A stretch of DNA of 64,000 nt, taken from assembly GCA_040218735.1 (NCBI GenBank), contig JAVJQW010000057.1:192001-256000 (forward strand), in the 5' to 3' direction. The stretch comes from Deltaproteobacteria bacterium. GTDB lineage: Bacteria; Myxococcota; Kuafuiibacteriia; Kuafuiibacteriales; Kuafuiibacteriaceae. Both the position numbers and the translations under genes were made by a program. Under the pieces are notes generated by a model, which worked only from the letters and a program-made list of their open reading frames with translations, had not been told where the DNA came from and did no database searches. Positions 48,243 to 56,797 of the stretch are shown piece by piece (the first letter of the stretch is position 1; each line of letters starts with the position of its first letter).

Positions 48243-49457
48243 TCAGGCCCACCCGTCCACGGTGCGGCCGCGATACCTCGGGCTGTCCCGCCGCTCCTGG
48301 GCGATGTACTCCGTGACACTCGGCCCCGCCCGAACGCTCGCTTCGACGCGACGCGCTTCGCGGTCGAGGCGCTCCAGCGCCGAGAGTTTGTCCTTCTCGC
48401 CGAGCGAAGCGCGGTCCACGGCGTCCTTCCAGACGCGGATCGTCGCGTCGTAGACGTCGAGAGGCACCGGGAAGGGGTGGCCGTCCTTGCCGCCGTGCGC
48501 GAGGGAGAACCGCGCCGGATCCGAGAACCGGCTCGGCGCGCCGTGCACGACCTCGCTGACCATCGCGAGGGAACGCAGCGTCCGCGGCCCGACGCCGGGG
48601 ACGAGGAGCAACGACTCGAAGTCCTCCGGCGCCGCAGCGTCCGCCGCGGACAGTGACGCCCAGAGCCTCCGCTCGACGACGTCCTTCGGGCGGACGTCAT
48701 GGTGATGCGGCATGTGCAGGTGCGGTATCAGCTCGAGCTGCGGCTGCTCGACCGGCGCGACCTCGCGGAGCGCGGCGAGCACCCGCGACGGCCCCTCCTC
48801 CACGAGCGAGACACACGCGCTGCGCGCCGCGCGCGAGCGACGGTCGGCGAGGTTCACGATCGCGCCGCGGTTCTTGCCGTCGATCGCCTGGTGCGGATCG
48901 TCCACGAAGCTCTCGAGCCCGTCCGACAGCCAGTGATACCGACGCGCCTCCCCGCGGTCGCCGTCCATCCCCTGCTGCACGACGGCCCACTGTCCGTCGG
49001 CGCCGACGATCATCGAGTGCAGATAGATCTGAAAGCCGTCTTGCACCGCGGTGTTGTCGACCTTCGCCACCAGCCGGCTCGTGTCGACGAGCGGCGCGGC
49101 GTCGAGGCCCGTCTTCTCGCCGAGCGCGCACAGCTCCGCCGGGGTCTTTCGGCTCTGCTTTCCGCGCCCGCCGCAGACGTACAGGCCGAGCTCGTCCTTA
49201 ACCGGATCGAGGCCGCGCTTGAGCGCGCCGAGCACACTCGTCGTGATCCCCGACGAGTGCCAGTCCATCCCCATCACGCAGCCGAGCGCCTGGAACCAGA
49301 ACGGATGCGCGAGCCGCGACAGCACGGCGTCGCGGCCCTCGTGCAGGACGATCGCCTCGACGATCACGCGCCCGAGCTTCGCCATGCGCGTCGCGAGCCA
49401 CGGAGGCACGCGGCCGCCGTGGAGCGGGAGGTCGGCGCGCCCGGTTCGCTGCCCCAT
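48243..49457 (-). CDS. DUF763 domain protein
   Basis: ADLPLH.GRVP.WL, WFQALGCVMGMDWHSSGITT, AKVDN.AVQDG, ARRYHW, GVGPRT, FS.AHGGKDGHPFPV. Confidence 0.88.
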   Translation of the reverse strand: MGQRTGRADLPLHGGRVPPWLATRMAKLGRVIVEAIVLHEGRDAVLSRLAHPFWFQALGCVMGMDWHSSGITTSVLGALKRGLDPVKDELGLYVCGGRGKQSRKTPAELCALGEKTGLDAAPLVDTSRLVAKVDNTAVQDGFQIYLHSMIVGADGQWAVVQQGMDGDRGEARRYHWLSDGLESFVDDPHQAIDGKNRGAIVNLADRRSRAARSACVSLVEEGPSRVLAALREVAPVEQPQLELIPHLHMPHHHDVRPKDVVERRLWASLSAADAAAPEDFESLLLVPGVGPRTLRSLAMVSEVVHGAPSRFSDPARFSLAHGGKDGHPFPVPLDVYDATIRVWKDAVDRASLGEKDKLSALERLDREARRVEASVRAGPSVTEYIAQERRDSPRYRGRTVDGWA

Positions 49458-49498
49458 ACAGGCGTTCAGTACCGCATCCGTGGGCCCGCGGACAAGCC

Positions 49499-50864
49499 TC
49501 AGCGCCCCAGGAACGCGTACCCCAACGCGAGGAGCCGAGCGTCGGACCAGCGTGGGCCGAAGAACGACAGCCCCACCGGGCGCCCGTCGATCTTCCCCAT
49601 CGGGACCGTGAGGTGCGGCGCGCCCTCGATCGCCGCCGGCCCCGACGCGCTCGCGGTGATCTGGTCGCCGGCCTCGTAGTCGATCGGCCACGCCGGCGAG
49701 CCGGTCGGCGCGATGAAGGCGTCGAGCCGGTGCGTCGCGGCCACCTTCGCCAACCCCTTCGCAGCGATCTGCTCGGCGATGCGCGCCCGGGCGTGTGCGT
49801 TGCCCTCGGCGTCGACCTCGGACTGCGCGGCGAGGAACAGGTCCTGTCCGAAGTGCGGCATCACGCGGTCGGCGTGCCCGCCGTTGAACGCGATGAGCTC
49901 GGCGAGGTCCTTCGGCTGTCCGTCGCGCGCGTGGGATGCGAGGTAGAGGTTCAAGCCCGCGCGGAACTCGTAGAGCAGCGTGTACAGCTCGTCCGCGCCG
50001 TAGGCCTCGCGCTCCAGCAGCTCCACCTCGACGAGCGTCGCACCGGCCGCCTCCAAGCGCCGGCGCGCGTCGACGAAGATCGCGTCGAGCGCCGGCTCGT
50101 CGCCGAGCATCGTGGTCACGACGCCGAGCCGCACGTCTTTGAGGCTCACCTGGGTCAGCGAGGCCTCGAAGTCGTAGGCCATCTCCTTCGGGATCGCGGA
50201 CGTCGCCGGGTCGGCGTCGTCACGCCCCGCGATCACACCGAGGATCCGCGCGGCGTCCGCGACGCTGCGGGTCATCGGCCCCGCCGTGTCCTGCGTCTCG
50301 GAGATCGGCACGATGCCGTGACGCGAGACGAGGCCGACCGTCGGCTTGAAGCCGACGATGCCGTTCACCGCGGCCGGGCAGACGATCGAGCCGTCGGTCT
50401 CCGTACCGAGCGCCGCGGCCGCGAGGCCGGCCGCGACGGCGACACCCGATCCCGAGCTCGAACCGCAGGGGTTGAGGCCGTGCACGCCCCGCGTCTGACC
50501 GCCGAAGCTGCTCCACCCGCTGGTGGACTTCACGCTGCGGATGTTCGCCCACTCCGAGAGGTTCGTCTTGCCGAGCACGACGCCACCCGCGGCGCGCAGC
50601 CGTCGAACGATCGGAGCGTCGGCGGCGGGTGTGTTCTTCGCCAACGCGAGTGAGCCCGCGGTCGTCGCGAACCCCGTCGCGTCGATGTTGTCCTCGAGGA
50701 GGATCGTCGCGCCGAACAGCGGCCCCTTCGACGCGGCCCTTCCGCACGGCTTCGGCCTGCGCGACGAGCGGCGCGTCGAGGAGCGCACCGACGTCGGGCG
50801 TCGAAGGGGCCGCCACCTTCGTGCACCCCACGACCAACAGACACGCGGCGAGCCTCACGTTCAT
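49499..50864 (-). pseudogene. Secreted/lipoprotein amidase, frameshifted near 50730 with an apparent internal deletion and catalytic Lys replaced by Glu
   Basis: The N-terminus [14 protein letters not shown]...AEAVRKGRV is in a different frame from [16 protein letters not shown]...[10 protein letters not shown]...CGSSSGS...GTETDGSI. The segment normally between these parts is missing. Confidence 0.7.
50719..50813. repeat. Perfect 16-bp inverted repeat (GCGGCCCCTTCGACGC 50719-50734 / GCGTCGAAGGGGCCGC 50798-50813)
   Basis: Read directly from the sequence; one arm overlaps the amidase frameshift junction. Confidence 0.8.
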
Positions 50865-50915
50865 CGGGGCCGAGTGTGCTAGCGTCACGCCGACGAACCA
50901 AGGGCACCTCGGACG

Positions 50916-52214
50916 ATGAAGCCGACCACCTCGAACCGCGCCGCGCTCGCGTTCCTCCTGCTGGTGGCGTGCAGCCGGGTCGACGTCGAGAACCGGTTCC
51001 TCGCCTCGCCGCTCCCGGAGGGCACCCGCGCGGCGATCCTGGCGGTGACCTCCGGCGGTTCGCTCACGGTCGAAGCGTTCGACGTCGACGCCGCCGAACC
51101 GCTCCTCCCCGGCGCGACGTTCGAAGAAGACGCGTCGCTGGAGCTCCTCGGCTTCACGCGCTCCCTCGACACACTCGGCCTCGAGCCGGGCGAGCTCGGC
51201 GCGCTGGAGGACGGGACGGCCCTCCCCTCCCCCGCGACGGTGCACCGCGCGACGCTCGAACGCAGCGACTGGGTGCCGGCCGACGCACCGAGCGATCGCG
51301 TCGCGATGTTTCGGACGGGCCGGACCGAGACGGACCCGTGCGCGAAGCTCGACGTCCAGACGCTGTTCCTCGACACGGTCTCTCCCGCGACGAGCGTCGT
51401 CCCGGTCGGCGACGCGCTGTGGATCTTCACCGAGGCACCGGGAGAGGTCTTCGTCTTCGACGGCACGACGACACAACGCACGCTGACCTCCCCCGTCGTG
51501 GACACCCGCGAAGTCGGCGTGGGCCCCGACGGTCGCCTCGCGGTCTTCACCTACCGCGAGCTGTACCGAGGGCGCCCCGATGGCCTCGAGCTCGACCTCG
51601 TCGTCGAAACCTCGTCGATCGGGCGAGGTGTCGTCTCGCGCGTCTTCGTCACCGACGACCGCGTCCTGCTCATCACCACCGCGGGACGCGTGGTCGAGGC
51701 GGGGTCGACCTCTTCGATCTTCGAGTTCGATCTCGCGACGACGTCGGATGACACCGGCATCATCGAAGTCGACGGGGTGATCTACGCCGTCTCCGAGAAC
51801 ACCACGCGGATGGTGCGCGTACCCGCGAACGGCCCCGCGCGACTCATCGGCGTCCCGTCGTCGAGCGGCCCACTGAGCATCGCCCACCTCGACGGCTACG
51901 GCGTCGTCGTCGGCACGGTGTCATCCGAGGTCTACCGAGTCGTCGACGACCGCCTGGATCTCATCGGCGTCGTCGGGCTCAACAAGTCGCGCACCGTGCT
52001 GCCGTGGGGTGACGACATCCTCGTCGGCGGCAACAACGGCAGCGTCGCGATCCTCGCGCGCGACGGCACGACGTGCACGACCGGCCGCGAGACCGTCGAG
52101 GACCTCGCGATCGGCGCGCGCCTCGGCGACGCCGCGGTGTTCCTGCCGACGTCGGGGTCGGACCGCGTACGCGCGGGCGGCAACACGCCGATGACCGTGG
52201 TGCGCGTTCGTTAG
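50916..52214 (+). CDS. Lipoprotein with probable C-terminal beta-propeller
   Basis: LLVAC lipobox; repeated short beta strands (LWIFT..GEVFVFDG, VVVGT...EVYRV, ILVGG.NG.V). Confidence 0.65.
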   Translation: MKPTTSNRAALAFLLLVACSRVDVENRFLASPLPEGTRAAILAVTSGGSLTVEAFDVDAAEPLLPGATFEEDASLELLGFTRSLDTLGLEPGELGALEDGTALPSPATVHRATLERSDWVPADAPSDRVAMFRTGRTETDPCAKLDVQTLFLDTVSPATSVVPVGDALWIFTEAPGEVFVFDGTTTQRTLTSPVVDTREVGVGPDGRLAVFTYRELYRGRPDGLELDLVVETSSIGRGVVSRVFVTDDRVLLITTAGRVVEAGSTSSIFEFDLATTSDDTGIIEVDGVIYAVSENTTRMVRVPANGPARLIGVPSSSGPLSIAHLDGYGVVVGTVSSEVYRVVDDRLDLIGVVGLNKSRTVLPWGDDILVGGNNGSVAILARDGTTCTTGRETVEDLAIGARLGDAAVFLPTSGSDRVRAGGNTPMTVVRVR

Positions 52215-53065
52215 CGCGCCGTCGTCGAGGTCCGCGCCCGCGCGATCGCGAGCCGGTCGGACTCGGTGGGCTCGAGCAGTCCGAACGCCCCGCGCCACTC
52301 GACCTGGAGCGCGTCCGCGCCGTCGAGCGCGCCCAGCGGGATACGAGCGCGCCCCGCCGGATCGGTGTTGAAGGGGACGGCGCCCCGGCAGACTTCCTGC
52401 GCCCCGCCGATGACACTCGCGCCGCCTACAACGCAGCCGGCGCTCCCGAGGAGCAACGTGGCGGCGACAGAGGCGGCGGGCTTTTCGAGGCACGGACGTG
52501 GCTCGGAGGCCTTGCGTTCGACGACCTCGTACGTGCGTGTGTCTTCGCGCTCCATCACCGAGCCGATGATGATGTCCACCATGCCGATCAGGAACCCGGT
52601 TGCGATGACGACGCCGCCCGCGATCAGCAAGGCCCCGGCCAGGTCGTCGCTGACCTCCGTCGGTTCGTCGTCGTCGTCGTCGCAGACGCTGGTCGCACCG
52701 CACAGGGGGATGGCCAAACCCAGTGTGAGGCCGGCGAGGATCTCCGCACCGCCGAAGCTCGACATGCTCGTGACCTCGTCTTCGTCATCGACCCACGCGG
52801 TGAGCTCCGTCTCCACGACATCGACGTGCTCGGTGCGGTGCTCGATGCAGGTGTCGGCCTCCATCAGCGTGAACGTGAGGGTGTCGTCGTCGACGCGGAG
52901 GCCCTCGGCGTAGACTCGACGGGGGCCGACCGCCTCTTCCCGGGTCTCGACGTCGGTGACCTCCCGCGAGATCACCTCGCCGGGGACCTGCTTCAAGGTG
53001 TGCGTCGAGATGCCGCACCCCGTCATCCATCCTGCGAGAAGCCCCACCGCCCCACGTCGCCACAT
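52211..53065 (-). CDS. Hypothetical lipoprotein/membrane protein (two TM segments)
   Basis: WMTGC lipobox-like; two hydrophobic helices flanking an acidic loop. Confidence 0.6.
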   Translation of the reverse strand: MWRRGAVGLLAGWMTGCGISTHTLKQVPGEVISREVTDVETREEAVGPRRVYAEGLRVDDDTLTFTLMEADTCIEHRTEHVDVVETELTAWVDDEDEVTSMSSFGGAEILAGLTLGLAIPLCGATSVCDDDDDEPTEVSDDLAGALLIAGGVVIATGFLIGMVDIIIGSVMEREDTRTYEVVERKASEPRPCLEKPAASVAATLLLGSAGCVVGGASVIGGAQEVCRGAVPFNTDPAGRARIPLGALDGADALQVEWRGAFGLLEPTESDRLAIARARTSTTAR

Positions 53066-53236
53066 GCTCGGGGGCGAGGATGCCAGAGCGCGTTAGGGGA
53101 CCCGAAACCTTGGCGGCGCTCACACGAGCGGCAACCTTGGCCGGTGGGTGCAACCGGAGCGGTCACACCTGCCGTCCGGGACGGTCCGGGACGGTCGCGG
53201 ACGCTGCGTTCGGACCCGAATCGACTCGATCCTCGG

Positions 53237-53252
53237 TGGCACGCGAAGTGCT
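53237..53252 (+). promoter_or_regulatory. Sigma-54 (-24/-12) promoter TGGCACGCGAAGTGCT
   Basis: TGGCAC-N5-GTGCT with GG-N10-GC spacing; AGGAGG RBS at 53266-53271 and ATG at 53281 downstream. Confidence 0.7.
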
Positions 53253-53280
53253 CAGTGGGTCGGTCAGGAGGCACGAACCC

Positions 53281-53454
53281 ATGACGAAGTCGAACCGCCG
53301 CACCCCGAAGGCCCGCTGGGCCGCCGCGCGCACGCCCCAGACCACCCACGCGACCCGCCCGATCGACCCCAAGCTGAAGACGCTCCAGGACCGCACCTCG
53401 GACATGGGCACGATCTTCTCGATGCTCGCGCGGATCCGGTCGGAGCGCGGCTGA
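53281..53454 (+). CDS. Small basic protein (57 aa)
   Basis: AGGAGG RBS, sigma-54 promoter, GC3-biased codons; MTKSNRRTPKARW...MGTIFSMLARIRSERG. Confidence 0.6.
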   Translation: MTKSNRRTPKARWAAARTPQTTHATRPIDPKLKTLQDRTSDMGTIFSMLARIRSERG

Positions 53455-53527
53455 CCGGCGTCGAAGCGGATTCTCGCCTCGGCAGTTAGGCGGTCGAGGG
53501 CGCCCGAAGATTGGGTATGCTCGGCCC

Positions 53528-54523
53528 ATGCGTCGGACGTTGCCGCTCCTCGCGCTCGCGACGACCCTCGCCTGCACCGAGGAGCACCCCAACGACTTCA
53601 CGATCGAGCTGCTGGGCGACCAAGCCTCGCTCGCGCTCCTCGCCCGCCAAGAGCTCGCCGTGCGCGACGCGTGCGAGACACCCGCTTCCTGCGTCAACGA
53701 ACCGTGCTGCGTGACGCAGCAGATCGCGGTCGTGGGCGCGGGCGTGGACGCGCCGGTCGCGGTCGCGACGGTCGACGGACGCTCCGTCATCGTGTCCGCG
53801 CAGATCCCCGGCGACGCGACCCTCACGGTGCGCGCCACCCTCGACGGCGTGCCCGTCGAGACCACGCGCTCCCTGCGCGTGCGCGCCCCCGACCAAGTCA
53901 CGCTCGCCGCGCCGATCCCCGAGCGTCCCGACCGACGGAACGATCTGGTGTGCCTCCCGCCGGCCCTGTTCGAGGTCGGCACCACGGGGATCGTGCCGTA
54001 CCGCGCGACAGCCGCGGGTGAGACGCTGGTCACCGAGGGGTGGATGCCCGTCGCTTCGAGCGGCCCGGCGGTTCGTTTGAATGGACTCGGCGGAACGACC
54101 ACCCAACCGACGCAGCAGTTCGTCGCCAGCCAGGTCGGCGAAGCGACGATCTTCGCGGAGGTCGGACAACGATCGTCGGTCGCGTTGGTGGCGGTCGACG
54201 CCGGTGACTACGACGGCGTTCGCATCGGCCACCCCGGCGAAGTCGGCGTAGGTCGAAGCGTACGCGTCGAGGTCCCGGTCCAGGTGGACCGCCAGGACGT
54301 CTGCAACGACGCCGTCTCTCGCGTCATCTACATCGACACCCCGGACCTCTGTGCGTTCTCGACTTCGCAGCCCTCGGTCGCGCAGCCCCAGGCGAACCGG
54401 ATCGATCTCCCGGTCGGCGTCCTCACGGCGAGCCTCTCGGGCACCCAAGCCGGGACCTGCCAGCTCCGCGTTCGCGTGAATGGAACGAGCCTCGAGGCCA
54501 CGGCCTCGATCCCCGTGCGTTAG
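53528..54523 (+). CDS. Hypothetical lipoprotein (Ig-like beta domains)
   Basis: TTLAC lipobox; beta-rich with paired Cys. Confidence 0.65.
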   Translation: MRRTLPLLALATTLACTEEHPNDFTIELLGDQASLALLARQELAVRDACETPASCVNEPCCVTQQIAVVGAGVDAPVAVATVDGRSVIVSAQIPGDATLTVRATLDGVPVETTRSLRVRAPDQVTLAAPIPERPDRRNDLVCLPPALFEVGTTGIVPYRATAAGETLVTEGWMPVASSGPAVRLNGLGGTTTQPTQQFVASQVGEATIFAEVGQRSSVALVAVDAGDYDGVRIGHPGEVGVGRSVRVEVPVQVDRQDVCNDAVSRVIYIDTPDLCAFSTSQPSVAQPQANRIDLPVGVLTASLSGTQAGTCQLRVRVNGTSLEATASIPVR

Positions 54524-54538
54524 GCGCGACCCCGTCCG

Positions 54539-55279
54539 TCACACGCTGACGCGTTCGCGGAAGTCCGGCGCGAACGACAGGGGCGTCGGGCGCATCGTGA
54601 ACAGGTAGAGCACGAGGGGCGCGCCGCCGTTGAGCGCGCGGACGAGCGTGAAACACGCGCCGCCGTCGACGCCGAAGTAGATCATGCGCATCGACGCGGT
54701 GAGGAAGCCCCAGAACGCCATGTAGACGAGCACCGGCTTCGAGGGGCGCAAGACGACGAGCACGGCGAGGATCACGTCGATGACGCCGATCAGGAACGTC
54801 GCGGTGGCGGTGACCGGAGCGTGGAGCACCACGCCGAAGACCTTGTCGATCGAGACTTCGATGTACGCGAGGAACGGCGGGTGCAGCACGAGCGCCTTGA
54901 TGCCGTGCGCGAGGAACACCGCGGCGATCGTCCAGCGCAACACCGTCCGCGCCCGTCGCTCGTCCCCACGCGCGAGCAGCCACAAGGCGATCGGTCCACC
55001 GTAGCGGATGGCCTGCGACAGCAGCGACATTCGACCGGCGTAACCGTCGGCGCGCGCGACGGCGAACAGCGCCTCGAAGAACATGACCGCCGCGATCGGG
55101 AGCAGCCACGCGGCGCTCGGGCGAATCACCGCCACCAACCCGAGGAACACGATCGTGTGGGCGACGAACGGCACGCCGAGCTGCGAGCCGTCGCGCAGCC
55201 ACCACCAGGCGGCGCCGACACACTGCAGGAGCACGAGCACCCCGAGTGCCCGCTCCGCGACCGAGCGTTCCGACCTCAC
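54539..55279 (-). CDS. Integral membrane protein (DoxX-like)
   Basis: Six to seven TM segments; LRW..A.VF.AHG, IGVID, YMAFWGFLTA..R. Confidence 0.65.
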   Translation of the reverse strand: MRSERSVAERALGVLVLLQCVGAAWWWLRDGSQLGVPFVAHTIVFLGLVAVIRPSAAWLLPIAAVMFFEALFAVARADGYAGRMSLLSQAIRYGGPIALWLLARGDERRARTVLRWTIAAVFLAHGIKALVLHPPFLAYIEVSIDKVFGVVLHAPVTATATFLIGVIDVILAVLVVLRPSKPVLVYMAFWGFLTASMRMIYFGVDGGACFTLVRALNGGAPLVLYLFTMRPTPLSFAPDFRERVSV

Positions 55280-55360
55280 CGGTCACAGCATAGGCGCCAC
55301 ACCCGAACGGGCACATGCGAAAAAGGACGGACTGGCCTAGCTCTTGAATCTACCGGGGGC

Positions 55361-56692
55361 ATGAAAACGCCCCAGCGCTGGATGTCCCTCTCGATCGCGC
55401 TCCTCCTGTTCGCCACCTCCGCAGGGGTCGGAATGTTCTTCGACGACGTCGTGCGCGGTGCCCTGGCCGTGGACGCGGTCGCGGCGCACGCGCACGTCCT
55501 CACCGTCGGTCTGGTCTGGGTGGCGGCGGCGATGGCCGCGCTCCTCGTCACCGTCGTCGTGCGGAGTCACTTCGTCGACGGTCGGGGCATCTCGCGCACG
55601 CGGCGCGCGGCGCGGGCGACGCGCTTCACGATCGGCCTCGTGGTCGCGACGCTGCTCGCGTTGCGCATGGGTGCGCCGTACTTCCTGGAGGCGGTGTTCG
55701 ACGACGCGCTCGGCACGCTCCCCGACCACTGGGGCTCGGTGCAGGACGTCGACCTCGCGCTGTACCGAGGGCGCTACACCGCGCACGGCCTCGTCGTCCT
55801 CGAACGCAACGCCGACACCGATCACCCGGTGCTCGCGCTGAAACGAACGGAGGTCGAGCTGGACTGGGAGCGGCTCCTCGACGGCGAGATCGACGCGGTC
55901 GTCGCGCTCACCGGTCCGCGCATCGCGATCGTGAAGACCAAAACGACGCTGCAGACAGGCGAGAGCCCCGCGCTTCGACAGCTGCTCCTGGACTTCGTCC
56001 CGCTCGACATCTCGCGGTTCACGGTCGACGGTGGGCGCTTCCTCTTCGTCGACGAGACGGCCTCGCCACGCGTCGAGCTCGACCTTCGCGACATCCACGC
56101 GCGCGCGTCGGGCCTGTCGACGCGGCCGCGCGTCGAGGATCGTACGAAGCCGGGCGCCCTCCCCGCGCACGTGGAAGCGCGTGCCTCCGTTCTCGGCCAG
56201 GCGCCGCTCACGGTGGAGCTCGACCTCGACGCGTTTGCGACGGAGCCGACGTTCGACTTCGCCATGCAGATGGATCGGCTCCCGCTCGCGGCGCTCAACG
56301 ATGTCACTCAGGCGTACGCAGGCTTCGACTACGAGGCCGGGACCCTCGCGTTTTCGTCCGAGCTCGCCGCCGCCAACGGCGCCCTGGAGGGCTACGCCAA
56401 GCCGGTGCTCGCCGACCCGGACGTGCTCGACACCGACGGCAACGACGAGGACGACGGCATCCTCGAAGTGAGCTGGAACGCGTTCGTCGGCGCGGTGTCG
56501 TTGCTCCTCGAGAACCACACGACGGACACCGTCGCGACGCGCATCCCCCTCGAAGGTCGTTTCGACCAGCCGGACGTCGGGGTGATCGCGACCGTGCTGA
56601 ACCTACTCGGGCATGCCTTCGTCGACACGATCAACGCCAACGTCGAAGGCTCGATCTCCATCGAGGACGTCTTGGCTCGAGAGGCCAGCTGA
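55361..56692 (+). CDS. Membrane-anchored DUF748 (AsmA-like) domain protein
   Basis: N-terminal TMs; G.V.DVDLALYRG.Y, L.ALND...AY...D...G, GY.KP, AT..P.EG.FD.P...LL..AF. Confidence 0.75.
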   Translation: MKTPQRWMSLSIALLLFATSAGVGMFFDDVVRGALAVDAVAAHAHVLTVGLVWVAAAMAALLVTVVVRSHFVDGRGISRTRRAARATRFTIGLVVATLLALRMGAPYFLEAVFDDALGTLPDHWGSVQDVDLALYRGRYTAHGLVVLERNADTDHPVLALKRTEVELDWERLLDGEIDAVVALTGPRIAIVKTKTTLQTGESPALRQLLLDFVPLDISRFTVDGGRFLFVDETASPRVELDLRDIHARASGLSTRPRVEDRTKPGALPAHVEARASVLGQAPLTVELDLDAFATEPTFDFAMQMDRLPLAALNDVTQAYAGFDYEAGTLAFSSELAAANGALEGYAKPVLADPDVLDTDGNDEDDGILEVSWNAFVGAVSLLLENHTTDTVATRIPLEGRFDQPDVGVIATVLNLLGHAFVDTINANVEGSISIEDVLAREAS

Positions 56693-56797
56693 GACGCACG
56701 CGGCGTGGTCGACGTGCACGCGCGTGGCAACGTGCCTCGCTTCTCGTAACCCAGCGCGTGCACTCCCCGTGGCCCACATCCTGCTCTTGGGCGGGAC

